Source: a virus (taxonomy: Duplodnaviria; Caudoviricetes). From it: a stretch of 64,000 nucleotides of DNA. A program made the translations under genes and the position numbers. Below the pieces are notes generated by a model. The model had not been told where the DNA came from and made no database searches. It saw only the letters and a list, made by a program, of their open reading frames with translations. Below, piece by piece: positions 40,102 through 50,446 of the stretch (the stretch's first letter is position 1; every line of letters begins with the position of its first letter). Location: the IMG/VR virus record IMGVR_UViG_2974594478_000001, positions 11,240 through 75,239 of that record. One strand, given 5' to 3'.

Positions 40102-40949
40102 TAGTTGAAATCATTCTCTGTCTTAATCTTGGTGAGCACTTGATCCACACTGGCATTGGTAAAGCCTGTTGGAGCAACAAGACCTTCATCAATTGTCTTC
40201 TGTGTGATCCATGCATCTACAAACAGCTTGCCTGCCTTGACCTCAGCATCTCGCTGATAGGAGGTAATCTGTTGGGTATAGAGATCTTTCTGCTTCCCAA
40301 TGGAACCAGTAATGGTAGTCACACCATCCGATCTGGTGTTCATGGTCTGAGCACGAGCAGCTTCCATTTGTTCAACGACAAGCTTCTTCTGTTCTTGGGT
40401 CAGTTCCGTCTGAGCCTTCATTTGACAATAGGTCTGATCTTCCGTTGCCAGTTTCATAACAGTCAAAGCGTAAGTCGCTTCCGAGTTACGAGCTTGGTAC
40501 TCCATTGCAATGGCTTGGAGCTTAGCAACTTGGAGATTGACCTTGGCAGTGACCAGTTCCACCTGTGCGGTCTGTGCTTGTGCCTGAGCCAGTACACCCT
40601 GCCAATATGCTTGGTCTTTCCCAAGTAGATATTGAGCAGCAGTACCAAGAGCACCTTGGAAAGCTGCAATATAGGCTTTTGTGTATTCTGCACCGGAAAT
40701 TCTATTTGCCTGAAATTCACCCTTAAGGTGATTGGCAATGCTTTCCATAAGTGCATCGAATGTACCTGTGCCATTGATCTGGCGAGTGGTGAGATCCTCA
40801 TTCGTCAAAGGATCCGGCAAAGCAACTGCCGGAAGATCTGGGAGATCAAACTCTGGACCAGACAAATCGATATCAGGAAAGGTAATCTCTTTCCCAAGCA
40901 GAATGTCTGTCAGAAGTTCTTTAGCAAGGGTCTCACCACCGCAGGACAT
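40101..40949 (-). CDS. structural protein (N4 gp54-like)
   Basis: GTGTFDALM, RISGAEYTKAY, GSIGKQKDLY motifs; synteny. Confidence 0.82.
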   Translation of the reverse strand: MSCGGETLAKELLTDILLGKEITFPDIDLSGPEFDLPDLPAVALPDPLTNEDLTTRQINGTGTFDALMESIANHLKGEFQANRISGAEYTKAYIAAFQGALGTAAQYLLGKDQAYWQGVLAQAQAQTAQVELVTAKVNLQVAKLQAIAMEYQARNSEATYALTVMKLATEDQTYCQMKAQTELTQEQKKLVVEQMEAARAQTMNTRSDGVTTITGSIGKQKDLYTQQITSYQRDAEVKAGKLFVDAWITQKTIDEGLVAPTGFTNASVDQVLTKIKTENDFN

Positions 40950-40959
40950 ATATCACCTA

Positions 40960-41583
40960 TTATTCACCAGAGGTCGAACCAGAAGCAGCTTGTTGAGCCT
41001 TAAGATCGGCAAGACCCTTCTCATCCAGTTGAGGAAGGACTTCAAGAGCGAACTCACGAACCCAGTTAGCTTGAACCTCATTGGTTCCACGCTTGGATTT
41101 ACGTGTCTTGATCTGAAGGAATTTCCGATCCTTCATCATATTATAGATGCAATAGGGAACATGATACCCATTGTCAGTCTGTTCACCAAAGGGAACAAAC
41201 TTACGAACCGTACCCAAGTAGCTATTGGCAATAGTGAAAATCTCACCGGGAAGATTCTTCTTCTTTGGATCCAAGCAGGTAACACGAATACGGACCAGCT
41301 TCATCTGTTCCTTCTTCAGACGTGCACGAATCTGCATCTTCGTCTCAGGTTTAGCAGCTACTTCTTCTGCTTCCTCAGCTTGCTGTTCAGCAGCTTGTTC
41401 CTGCTCCTTAGCGTCACCATCCAGCTTTTCTTGAATACGAGCCTTAAGAGCATCAACTCCAATGTTGTTGGAGAAGGTGATTCCCATCATACGAGCACGC
41501 TGCTTCAGCATATCCAGTTCAGTGAACTGAACTTCTTCAGTCTCAGTTTCTTCACCACTCGTTGTATTAAACAGATCCGACAT
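40960..41583 (-). CDS. conserved protein (N4 gp55-like)
   Basis: LVRIRVTCLDPKK, GEIFTIAN, REFALEVLPQL; synteny next to MCP. Confidence 0.8.
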   Translation of the reverse strand: MSDLFNTTSGEETETEEVQFTELDMLKQRARMMGITFSNNIGVDALKARIQEKLDGDAKEQEQAAEQQAEEAEEVAAKPETKMQIRARLKKEQMKLVRIRVTCLDPKKKNLPGEIFTIANSYLGTVRKFVPFGEQTDNGYHVPYCIYNMMKDRKFLQIKTRKSKRGTNEVQANWVREFALEVLPQLDEKGLADLKAQQAASGSTSGE

Positions 41584-41604
41584 TGGGTTTACCTATGATT
41601 TGTT

Positions 41605-41633
41605 AAAGAAAAGGGAGGGTATTAACCCTCCCT
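41605..41633 (-). terminator. Rho-independent terminator after major capsid gene
   Basis: AGGGAGGGT/ACCCTCCCT stem, TTTTCTTT tail on the minus strand. Confidence 0.8.
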
Positions 41634-41657
41634 CCAAGAAACAATCTAATCACTAGA

Positions 41658-42860
41658 TCAGATTGGTGCAACAGTCTTGATAAGACCGATACGCTCTGGG
41701 CGCTTAACAAGGATACCGTAGTACCACTTGATGGACGAGAACCCAGTCTCACCGTAAGGATCATTACGGTCAGCAGTTTCCTTACCGGGCATCTTGGTCA
41801 GAACGGAGAACTTAACCGTCTTACCATCGGTTTGGAAACCAATCGTGGTCCACGAATCATCACCGAGGACAAGCATCGGGAAGATATCATAGTGATCCGT
41901 ACCAGCTACATCCGAGGCACGATAACCCGGATTCGTAGCTTCAGCAGCACCGGCACCTGCCCAATGGAGCATTTCCGGTACAACAACGATACGGAATTCG
42001 AAGATCGAACCGATCTCACCATTCAGGATCGTACCAGCATCACCATATTGCTGAACCGGAATGAAGGCAGGATTGTTGAATGGATCAACCATCTTGCGAA
42101 CCACTGGATCCAGTTCGGAACCAATGAACATCACACGACCAGCAGCAATGGTCTTGGTATCGATCAGACGCGAACCAGTGATAACCTTGGTCTGCTTCGG
42201 AGTCCGGTTATCCGTGAGGATCTGAGACAGACGCATCAGGTTGTCATAGTCAACAATCGAAGGCGTTGCACCTTCAGCAGTGACTTCCGAATCCTGAGTC
42301 GCAGCACCAGCGTAAACAATGACACCAGCAGCAGCGAGAAGATCCTTCTGGAGAACTGCTTCGGTAAGCTGAACAGCACCATTCATAAGCTCACGAGACA
42401 GGTGCTCCTTAAGACCATCATCCGAATCAAAGTCCAGAGATTCCTGAGTAAATTCAGTGAAGAAACCGAACTTCTCAATGGAACCTTCACGCTCCAGACG
42501 AGTGAAACCAACACGGTTCACACGACCACCATTCTCAGTGAGAGTTGGAAGCTTGGAGGTGATCGTACCAATATCCTTGGACGAACCATAGAGATTACCA
42601 TTGGCAATGGTAACACCATTGGCATCAATACCTTGGTCATTGACGTTACGTTCATCAAGCAGAGGAACATATTCATAGACCTTGATGGTCTTACCAAAGT
42701 GCTTCGGCATACCAATGGTCGAAGCCAGTGGCATGAAGAACTGCTCTTTACGGGATTCGATAATCGCATTCTTCAGCCAGAAGAATGTATTCATCTGATC
42801 GGAACCAGCACCATCAATCGTGGATTTGGACCCATCAATAGGGGCATTATAGTTCAACAT
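41658..42860 (-). CDS. major capsid protein (N4 gp56-like)
   Basis: 400 aa; [57 protein letters not shown]. Confidence 0.95.
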   Translation of the reverse strand: MLNYNAPIDGSKSTIDGAGSDQMNTFFWLKNAIIESRKEQFFMPLASTIGMPKHFGKTIKVYEYVPLLDERNVNDQGIDANGVTIANGNLYGSSKDIGTITSKLPTLTENGGRVNRVGFTRLEREGSIEKFGFFTEFTQESLDFDSDDGLKEHLSRELMNGAVQLTEAVLQKDLLAAAGVIVYAGAATQDSEVTAEGATPSIVDYDNLMRLSQILTDNRTPKQTKVITGSRLIDTKTIAAGRVMFIGSELDPVVRKMVDPFNNPAFIPVQQYGDAGTILNGEIGSIFEFRIVVVPEMLHWAGAGAAEATNPGYRASDVAGTDHYDIFPMLVLGDDSWTTIGFQTDGKTVKFSVLTKMPGKETADRNDPYGETGFSSIKWYYGILVKRPERIGLIKTVAPI

Positions 42861-42872
42861 GGGATATTAACC

Positions 42873-44063
42873 TCACAATCTACCTTTGAATTTCTGAAGA
42901 AACTCATCATCCGACATAGCCAACGGATTCTTGAATTCTTCAGCCTTGTTAGGGGAAGTCTTCGTGGGAGAAGCAGCCCTAGCTTTATCCCCGTTACTTA
43001 CTGCTGGCTTGGGAGTGGCAACCCGTTCTGTTACTACAGTTGGTTGTTTCACTTCCTGTTTTGATGGTTGGAAAGCATTTCGCTTTACCATGTCATCACC
43101 AACCAGCTTATAAGCTTGGAGGAATGGAACATTGGACGGAATCACACCGAGCATCTTCTGTCGGTCCATCTCCGTGACGATCTGTTGATACACACCGTTT
43201 TCACGTTGAGTCTGGATTACCGACAAGAGTTCAGGTTGTTTCCAGAGGGCTTCCTTACTAACTTGATCCCATGTCGTATTGATGTCTTGAAGTGTTTCTC
43301 TACCGTTTGGTTTGGACTGAATGTCTTCCAAAGCAGTAGTAAAGTTCACTTCTTCATCAGTGACACTGTGATTGCTAGGCGTGTAAGCCGGTTCTTCACT
43401 AGTGTTAATGTCAAGTGGATCAACTCCACTATCCTTCACTAACTTCTTAATAGCATCAGGATTCTTTTTATCCAAGTCTATTAAGTAAGAAAGTTTAGCT
43501 TCATCCAACAAATTATTGTTTTGAAGCATAGTGAGCAACTTTCTCTGAGGTGCCCACTGTTGCATTTGTCGAGTATAGTTCGCTCCCATCTGCATAAGCT
43601 TAATTGCTTCATCAGGAGAACGTAGTTCAATCATTCTTCCGTTAGCTTTGAACGGAGCCATGATTTGATTGTAGAGTTCCTCGTAATTCGGAGGAGTTTT
43701 TTCTTCTGCTTTCTCAGATTCTTTGTTTTCTGATCCAGTAGCAGAAGGGTCTTTTTCCTTCGTAGGATCTTCCTCTGCTTTTGCCTTATCAGCTTCAGCA
43801 GTTTTATCCCCAGAGGCTTCTGTGGACTTGTCAGCTTCGTCAGGCTTTGCATTGGGATCAGTCTCCTCTGTGGAAGTCTTTTCTTCCTGAGACTTATTTT
43901 CTTCAGAACCAGTAGAAGGAGTTGTCTCAACTTCTTGGGTCTGTGTCTGTTCCTGAGTTTGCTCCTGTACAGGAGGTTCTACAACAGAGTCAGACTCCCC
44001 ACTTGGGGGAGTTGCTCGTTGCTTCAGGAAGTCTTCATCGGAAAGCTCAAGAGGATTACTCAT
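42873..44063 (-). CDS. N4 gp57-like acidic protein (annotated tape measure/scaffold-like)
   Basis: APFKANGR, LMQMGANYT motifs; acidic N-terminal region. ATG 44063 preferred. Confidence 0.82.
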   Translation of the reverse strand: MSNPLELSDEDFLKQRATPPSGESDSVVEPPVQEQTQEQTQTQEVETTPSTGSEENKSQEEKTSTEETDPNAKPDEADKSTEASGDKTAEADKAKAEEDPTKEKDPSATGSENKESEKAEEKTPPNYEELYNQIMAPFKANGRMIELRSPDEAIKLMQMGANYTRQMQQWAPQRKLLTMLQNNNLLDEAKLSYLIDLDKKNPDAIKKLVKDSGVDPLDINTSEEPAYTPSNHSVTDEEVNFTTALEDIQSKPNGRETLQDINTTWDQVSKEALWKQPELLSVIQTQRENGVYQQIVTEMDRQKMLGVIPSNVPFLQAYKLVGDDMVKRNAFQPSKQEVKQPTVVTERVATPKPAVSNGDKARAASPTKTSPNKAEEFKNPLAMSDDEFLQKFKGRL

Positions 44064-44397
44064 TATCAGCTTCCTCTTCAGCACGAAGCTCGGTCAGATT
44101 CTCTTCAATATTCGGGAGATCTGCTGCTGCATAATCACCCTGTTGAATCATCACATTAAGCCAACGCTTCAGATGCCCAGCAGCTTGTGCCATGTTCAAT
44201 GCATCAGCACGTTCCTGTGGACCCAGAGAAGGGTCAGAAGACAGGTGCACAAGGCGAGCACTCTCAGTAACGAAGAAACCTTCGACAATCAGCTTACGGA
44301 ATTCGTAGTTATCCTTAAGCTTGAGTGCCATGTCTCGCTGCTTAATTGCTTCAACAGCGGTAGACTTAGCGTATTCAAGTTGTTCAAGATCAGACAC
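44056..44397 (-). CDS. conserved protein (N4 gp58-like)
   Basis: Between portal and gp57; FRKLIVEGF motif. Confidence 0.8.
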   Translation of the reverse strand: MSDLEQLEYAKSTAVEAIKQRDMALKLKDNYEFRKLIVEGFFVTESARLVHLSSDPSLGPQERADALNMAQAAGHLKRWLNVMIQQGDYAAADLPNIEENLTELRAEEEADNE

Positions 44398-44409
44398 GTT
44401 AGGGTTTCC

Positions 44410-46632
44410 TTAAAGATTAAGGTTAGGGTTTAAGGCTGGATCCAATCTTGGGTCAAATTGATTGGAACCAATGTTAAGTCGAGGATCAGGTCTTTGCTCA
44501 GACTGACCACTCAAAGCATTGAAACCTATTGCAGCATCAACACTTGGTTTACTTTCACCTTCTTTTTTAGGGGAAAGCAAGCTCTTTGTTATTTCTAGTT
44601 CTTGGTTGCCCTTAGACTGTGCTTGTTGTTTCTCCAATTCACGAGCATGTTTCGTACCAGTTTCTGTTTCAACAAAGTCCAAGTTCTTTTGATCAGCAGA
44701 TGCGTCAGCTTCCTTAGCCTTGGCATTGTTGAGAGCGACCTTGGATCTGAGTTCTTCAATCTCAAGCTGGAGCTTTTGGATTTCAAGCTGTTTAGCCTGT
44801 TGAACCAATGGATCTGGTTGAGGTTGATAAGCACGAATACGATGAGCGAGTTCAGGCATTCTCTTGAGATCAGCGATCTCAGCAAGAATCATCTTGGTCA
44901 TCTCCAGATCCATATTCGGACCCATAGTCTGAAGCATGAATCCAAGATCTTGAGCCTTGGCATTGTCCACTTCAGCGGTGGAGATATCCACTTCAAGGTC
45001 AAAGTTACCAGCAAGATCTTCCCGGTTAACCGTAACAAACTCTTCATTGGTGATACGGATGACTTCCTTGTCAGAGAGGAAGACACCATTCATAGCAATG
45101 AGCTTCTGACCAATCTGAGTCATACCCTTGGCGAGACGACGTAGAATTGCCATCTCACGTTTGGAAGCAGCATCCAGAACACCACGGATACCAGCAGCAA
45201 CATCACCATAAGCTTCACCAGACATCCCACCAGAAAAGCTCTTAACACCTGTCAGTGCTTCTGCTTCTTGGTTCTGAAGCGTAAGCATGGTCAGAGCAGA
45301 CTGAGGAATCTCAGGATACTTATGCTCCATATGCCCTTGTTGTGGTGGCATGTTCGGATTGAATTCATAATCCTGTCCATTCTCAAACCGACGACGGTTC
45401 AAGACATCCAGCATACCCTTGGCAAAACCTTGTTGAGCGTTGGCAGATCGACCAAGCAAATCAATCATGCCTCTGGTGACAGCACCAAGGACATTTTGGT
45501 TATCTTCCAGAAGCTCAGCATCAGTCTCACCATAGACTTCACGCTTCTTGGGAAGATAGGGAACCACGACAAAGGGAGGTTTTTCATCCGGGAAGGGGTT
45601 CATCTCCATGCGGATAAGAACATCACCGATCCAAGTAGCAACAAATGGAACCAGTGTGTCATCACCATTCACGTCATAATAACCCCAATACTCATAAGCT
45701 ACGACACGCTTACGAAGCACATCCTTGAATTGGAATGTGTCTGGAGTTCCTGATGCATGGTCGGGATTTGTAGGAGGAGCAGCATTCTCCCAGAGAACTG
45801 CATCCAGATTCTTATAGCGATCTGGTTCCATAAGAAGTTCTGCCTTGGAAGTCTCAAAGGAGACAATGACAAAACGTGCCTTATCAAGATCCCCTTCACA
45901 GGATGGATCGATATAGACATTGGTTGGATTCAGAACTTGAAGAGTTGGACGATTGTCCAAAATCTTCTCTTGTTCAATTTCAGAAGAACCAGTCTGAACA
46001 GCAACTGTGACCTGACCAGACTCTTCAAAGTAATCCACAGCAGCTTTGATCTCTGGTGGAACCGTCTCTTCATATTGACGAGGATTCTCACCCTTAAGAG
46101 CAACTGCTTGATCCAATGCAGCAATTTCCTCTTCTGTCTGAGGAATTTGATGTTGGAAGACAGGCGCTTGAATCTTTACCTTAGTGGTTGTTCGGCACCA
46201 TCCCAGACGAACGATACAAGTTCCTTCATCGACTGTAGCACGAACGAAATCGTCAATGAATTTAACTCGATTCAGCTTGGTTCTGAATTGATGATTGAGA
46301 ACAAGTTCATTCTGCTTGGCAGCAGGACCATCCTCAAAAGTGACAGGAGATATCTTGAACAGCTTATTGGAACCAAGGAATGGTTCCGTCAAAGCAGAAT
46401 ATCTCCACTCAGCCTGACGACGAATCAGCTTAGGTTGAACAGAGCTTCGACCTTTGACCTTAGCAGGCTTTGCCTTGCCCTCTACATTGAGTAGATCGGT
46501 CCATTTCCTGATCTTGGAAACCTGATCATCATGAGAAGTCTTTGCAGCTTCCAGATCATATTTAAGATCCAGAATGGAAGGTTCCTTCTTCCACTGGGTC
46601 AACTTCTTCTGATGCAGATTAACGGTTTCCAT
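44410..46632 (-). CDS. portal protein (N4 gp59-like)
   Basis: 740 aa; [49 protein letters not shown]. Confidence 0.93.
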   Translation of the reverse strand: METVNLHQKKLTQWKKEPSILDLKYDLEAAKTSHDDQVSKIRKWTDLLNVEGKAKPAKVKGRSSVQPKLIRRQAEWRYSALTEPFLGSNKLFKISPVTFEDGPAAKQNELVLNHQFRTKLNRVKFIDDFVRATVDEGTCIVRLGWCRTTTKVKIQAPVFQHQIPQTEEEIAALDQAVALKGENPRQYEETVPPEIKAAVDYFEESGQVTVAVQTGSSEIEQEKILDNRPTLQVLNPTNVYIDPSCEGDLDKARFVIVSFETSKAELLMEPDRYKNLDAVLWENAAPPTNPDHASGTPDTFQFKDVLRKRVVAYEYWGYYDVNGDDTLVPFVATWIGDVLIRMEMNPFPDEKPPFVVVPYLPKKREVYGETDAELLEDNQNVLGAVTRGMIDLLGRSANAQQGFAKGMLDVLNRRRFENGQDYEFNPNMPPQQGHMEHKYPEIPQSALTMLTLQNQEAEALTGVKSFSGGMSGEAYGDVAAGIRGVLDAASKREMAILRRLAKGMTQIGQKLIAMNGVFLSDKEVIRITNEEFVTVNREDLAGNFDLEVDISTAEVDNAKAQDLGFMLQTMGPNMDLEMTKMILAEIADLKRMPELAHRIRAYQPQPDPLVQQAKQLEIQKLQLEIEELRSKVALNNAKAKEADASADQKNLDFVETETGTKHARELEKQQAQSKGNQELEITKSLLSPKKEGESKPSVDAAIGFNALSGQSEQRPDPRLNIGSNQFDPRLDPALNPNLNL

Positions 46633-46635
46633 AAT

Positions 46636-46977
46636 TTATTTCCAAGTCAGAAATGAAGAAACATAAGTCCAAGTACCAACAGCACCCGCTGCCATAGAGA
46701 GAAGGATACCACCAAGCTTCCAAATAAAGGTGCCTAACTTACCTGCACCTTGAGCTTGAATCTTGTATGTAGCGAATTCTTCAACTGTTGGCGAGATTGT
46801 TCCCAACTTCTTTTCCAGATCAGCAACTCTCCAGTCAAGATGGTCAACTTTACGATCTACTCTTTCAAGTTTCTCGTACATAGCTTTACGACCATCTCTC
46901 GCTTCATCCAGTTGACGTTCAATGTTTTTAAGAGCCTCAGCCAACGCCCCTAATTCCTTCATAGGTGTATCAGTCAT
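46636..46977 (-). CDS. coiled-coil protein with C-terminal TM helix, possible holin
   Basis: Heptad-rich N-terminus, hydrophobic C-terminus; last gene of the lysis cassette. Confidence 0.5.
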   Translation of the reverse strand: MTDTPMKELGALAEALKNIERQLDEARDGRKAMYEKLERVDRKVDHLDWRVADLEKKLGTISPTVEEFATYKIQAQGAGKLGTFIWKLGGILLSMAAGAVGTWTYVSSFLTWK

Positions 46978-47231
46978 TCCCGTAATTCCTTGCGTCTTAC
47001 AGCACTTGCTTCTGTATGACGCTGGCATTCGGCAGACATGAAAACTCCACCGCCACAGCCCCTTGCGACGGTTTCATCAATTCTGTTCTGATCCTGTAAT
47101 GTCTTTCCCATAGTACCGGGTAGAATCCCGCCGACGACTGATCGGACCCCTTGTACAGTAACCGGACTTGAAGTCATACATCCCGCCAGAGTCAATGCAC
47201 CTGTACAAAGCACTAGTAGCTTCACTTGCAT
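46974..47231 (-). CDS. o-spanin (Rz1-like lipoprotein)
   Basis: Signal peptide with lipobox LAGC; start lies inside the i-spanin gene in another frame. Confidence 0.75.
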   Translation of the reverse strand: MQVKLLVLCTGALTLAGCMTSSPVTVQGVRSVVGGILPGTMGKTLQDQNRIDETVARGCGGGVFMSAECQRHTEASAVRRKELRE

Positions 47232-47382
47232 TCTTAGTCGCATTGGAATTCTCCCGTTCTATTTTCAGTGTAACTTCTTCAGCACCCCGCTCTTTAACCA
47301 ATTTATAACCATAGAAAGCAGCAGAGATTCCTGCTGCTACTACGGCGACTTTGAGCCAATTAATGGAAAGAGGAAGCATCAT
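47077..47382 (-). CDS. i-spanin (Rz-like)
   Basis: N-terminal TM followed by a helical periplasmic segment; immediately after the endolysin. Confidence 0.75.
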   Translation of the reverse strand: MMLPLSINWLKVAVVAAGISAAFYGYKLVKERGAEEVTLKIERENSNATKNASEATSALYRCIDSGGMYDFKSGYCTRGPISRRRDSTRYYGKDITGSEQN

Positions 47383-48206
47383 ACTTCCCCTTCCAGTTCT
47401 GTCTTAATGGTTCTGATACGACGGATGATCCACTCACCACCCAACAGCATGATGAGGATGAAGATCCCGGAGGAACCTAGGACAAGAATGAGTGTCTGTG
47501 TGTCCAGACCACCGAGCCAAGTAAATAGACCAGCAATAGAACCTGCTGCACCAACGAACCAAGAGAGAAGATTCGTTTTCTTACGAACTTCAGTTTCAAC
47601 CTTCTCAGGGACAACTGGTGTAGGGACTTTGACTTCAATCTCTACAGTTTCAAGAGGTTGTTCCTGAAGGTGACGTTCACGAACTTCAGCAAGAACCTTC
47701 CGAACCTTATCCACAGTGATAGGTGTTCTCTGTCCAGCATAGTGACCCTTGCCTTGGACATTCGGAAGAGATGCCCATTCCATAGCAAGCTGGTTGATCA
47801 GGGTATCTTCTTTGAGACGACCAGAGAGATATTTATCAATACCTCTTTGACCCAGAAGGAAGCAGGCTAGACGATCTTGCATCTCTTCATTGAACTTCTC
47901 ATATCCGAGAAGGTTCAGTTGACGGCGCATACTTCTGAGAGTGGTTCCAACAATCTGGTAACGACCCAGTGCAGAAGAGTTCCACTTCTTATTGTCTGGA
48001 TCTTTGAGCATCTTTAGTTGAAGCTCATTGATCTGATCCAGTGTCATATCGGTCAACACGATGTTAGGAGCTTTACCTCTTTGGGTCACAATCCCATCAA
48101 GCATAGCTCCATAAGCGAGAGTCTCATTGTACCCATCACCTTGATCAGTCCCTTCTGTGAAACCAATTAGGTCCAGAAGGGGACGGTATACATAAAACTT
48201 ATCCAT
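47379..48206 (-). CDS. endolysin (lambda-R/lysozyme-like) with C-terminal TM helices
   Basis: LLDLIGFTEGT catalytic Glu, SALGRYQI, LAMEWASLP; two hydrophobic segments near the C-terminus. Confidence 0.85.
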   Translation of the reverse strand: MDKFYVYRPLLDLIGFTEGTDQGDGYNETLAYGAMLDGIVTQRGKAPNIVLTDMTLDQINELQLKMLKDPDNKKWNSSALGRYQIVGTTLRSMRRQLNLLGYEKFNEEMQDRLACFLLGQRGIDKYLSGRLKEDTLINQLAMEWASLPNVQGKGHYAGQRTPITVDKVRKVLAEVRERHLQEQPLETVEIEVKVPTPVVPEKVETEVRKKTNLLSWFVGAAGSIAGLFTWLGGLDTQTLILVLGSSGIFILIMLLGGEWIIRRIRTIKTELEGEV

Positions 48207-48266
48207 TGTAGTCTACCTATGTTGGAATCATTTCTCTGACTACTAACATTAGCTGAGAATCTACAC

Positions 48267-48303
48267 AAAGAAAAAACGCCCCAGAGTTTAATCTGAGGCG
48301 TTT
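48267..48303 (-). terminator. Rho-independent terminator after tail-spike operon
   Basis: AAACGCCTCAGA/TCTGGGGCGTTT stem on the minus strand plus T-run. Confidence 0.8.
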
Positions 48304-48312
48304 ACTTAATGA

Positions 48313-50433
48313 TTAGGTTTGAGTTCCTACAATCACCCCATCCGTATCACTTGCCCTTAGAGCACCTGAGGTCATAATTCGTAGATCACCTGTGGAATCT
48401 TGCCAGAGAGCATTAATCCCGAGGAACATATTATCCCCTGTATTTGTGTCCCCCGGATTGTTGCATTTGACAGATGAAAACAGGGAAGTGTTATTCATGT
48501 TAATCTGTGCAGATGCACCACCTGTAAGAATGTTCCCTGTACAAACACCATTAATAGCGGTTGCCGCTGTCACAATACGATTGATGGCGTTACCGCCAAT
48601 AATGTTATTAATACACAGGAAGTTAGCGCCCGAAATACTGATTCCGTCTGTAACACCACCTGTAAAATGATTCCCAATAATCTTGATATCAGCAGCAGTT
48701 GAACCACCAAAACCACGAAGAGCATTCGCACTGTTGATATAGCAATCCTTCATTTCAAAACGAGATGCTGTACTAAACAAGGACGTTGCTTGTGTAGCTG
48801 AGGTAATAGCAGTCATTTCTAGACGGCAATTGAGAATCTTGCAGTCTGTACCACGAATAGACCATGCGAGCCTGTCATCTGTCTGTGTACCACCACTGTT
48901 TATGAACTGTGCTCCCGGTCCTTCCGAGTAGAACATCTCATCACCAGAGCAATTCTCAATCCAGCAATTGATGAATTTGACAGAAATAGATGTTGCTGAA
49001 CCAGCATGGATGAAACCAAGTGTAGAAGTTTTACAGAAAATGTTTTCAAAGATGACATCCTTGACAACACGACCTGTAACAATAGGACGACCTGTTGCAC
49101 CAAGAGTGTTCATAGTGAGGTTACGAACCACAGATCGTCTACAGTTCGACAAGGTAACACCACCAACACCACTAACTTCAATGTGGTTGCTATCAAACAC
49201 ATGTCCTGTGTTATCCGCACCATCATGATCAAAACCTACAACACCATTAGAGTAGGTGAAGGATGAGTTCTCTCCTTCTGTGGTAAACACATTCTGATTA
49301 CCAGCAGTCTCCATAGAGGCAGAAAGAACCCAGTTGTGATGCACGTAATGATTATGAACGTGGTACTGAAAGGTGACTGCCTTCCGTCCAACGTTAGAGA
49401 AGAAGCAGTTTCGAACCTCGACATTCCGGCACATAGAACCGCCGATACCGTTGTCGTTGGTTCCATTGTTGGTATCAACATGGATACCGTCGATCAGGAT
49501 ATTGTCTACAAATACCGCAGGTTGACCCCCACTAACTGTAGGCAAAAGACCAGCAATGCCAATAAATTGACCTACACCAGATGGTGTAAATGCTACCAGT
49601 CTCATCCATGATCTATAACCATCACCCTTGATGAACATAGAGCGACGAACTGGAATGGACGTAGAGCACAAATATCTTTGACCCGACTCAATATCCAATC
49701 CCGGTACATAGGAACCAGGACCAAAAAAGAAGGAGCAAACAAAGGCATTGTAATCATCGGTGACATTATCACCTTTAGCGCCGAACCAGAAAGGAGAGGA
49801 CCAAGGGATTCTAGGATTACCTTGGAGACCAAGGATATATGGAGTCAGTGAGTTGCTCACATAGGAACTTTGAACAAGATCACCACTGAAAATCTGTTGG
49901 TAAGCATCAGCAATAATACCACCGTTCCATGTGATAATTACATCTGTACCAATTTTCAGTTTAGCACCATTATCAAAGATAACTACACATGTGCTTGGAA
50001 CAGTAACGTTATCGTCAATAAGGTACTCACCAGTCACAACTCTAACGTATGGGAATGTGTTAACTATTGCTTGGAAAGCAGCAGAAACATCTACCAAACC
50101 AGAGTCATCAGCATTGAATGCATTAAACTCAACTATGGTGAAGATACTTTGTGTGCCAATGTGATTGGCTCTGTTGATTGCGTTAGCTGCATTGGTCTCA
50201 GAAGTTGCAGCACTCAGAGCAGCAGCACTCGCACTCAATGCAGCAGCAGCAGCGGATTCTGCTGCACTATCAATTTCATCATCTTTGTCAGCAAGGAACT
50301 TAGCGAAAGAGGGGAGAGTTACTCCCCCACTCGTTTGCCAAGTTTCCAGTGCTGTACCATTAACAAGCTTATCTACTCTCTCCTCATTCTCTTTGAAACG
50401 AGGGATAGCAAGGACGAGGGGAAGCTGAGTCAT
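48313..50433 (-). CDS. tail spike / RBP C with pectate-lyase-like beta-helix
   Basis: Shared N-terminal anchor, NRANHIGTQ fibre motif, FGAKGDNVTDDY beta-helix cap, repeated beta-helix rungs. Confidence 0.82.
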   Translation of the reverse strand: MTQLPLVLAIPRFKENEERVDKLVNGTALETWQTSGGVTLPSFAKFLADKDDEIDSAAESAAAAALSASAAALSAATSETNAANAINRANHIGTQSIFTIVEFNAFNADDSGLVDVSAAFQAIVNTFPYVRVVTGEYLIDDNVTVPSTCVVIFDNGAKLKIGTDVIITWNGGIIADAYQQIFSGDLVQSSYVSNSLTPYILGLQGNPRIPWSSPFWFGAKGDNVTDDYNAFVCSFFFGPGSYVPGLDIESGQRYLCSTSIPVRRSMFIKGDGYRSWMRLVAFTPSGVGQFIGIAGLLPTVSGGQPAVFVDNILIDGIHVDTNNGTNDNGIGGSMCRNVEVRNCFFSNVGRKAVTFQYHVHNHYVHHNWVLSASMETAGNQNVFTTEGENSSFTYSNGVVGFDHDGADNTGHVFDSNHIEVSGVGGVTLSNCRRSVVRNLTMNTLGATGRPIVTGRVVKDVIFENIFCKTSTLGFIHAGSATSISVKFINCWIENCSGDEMFYSEGPGAQFINSGGTQTDDRLAWSIRGTDCKILNCRLEMTAITSATQATSLFSTASRFEMKDCYINSANALRGFGGSTAADIKIIGNHFTGGVTDGISISGANFLCINNIIGGNAINRIVTAATAINGVCTGNILTGGASAQINMNNTSLFSSVKCNNPGDTNTGDNMFLGINALWQDSTGDLRIMTSGALRASDTDGVIVGTQT

Positions 50434-50446
50434 GAGGTATTAATCC

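Noticed and set aside
41832-43064. 410-aa + strand ORF opposite the major capsid gene; also similar shadows at 12949..13941, 10369..11211 and 22240..22959
   Set aside because: Same antisense-shadow artefact; the sense genes are well-supported N4 homologs.
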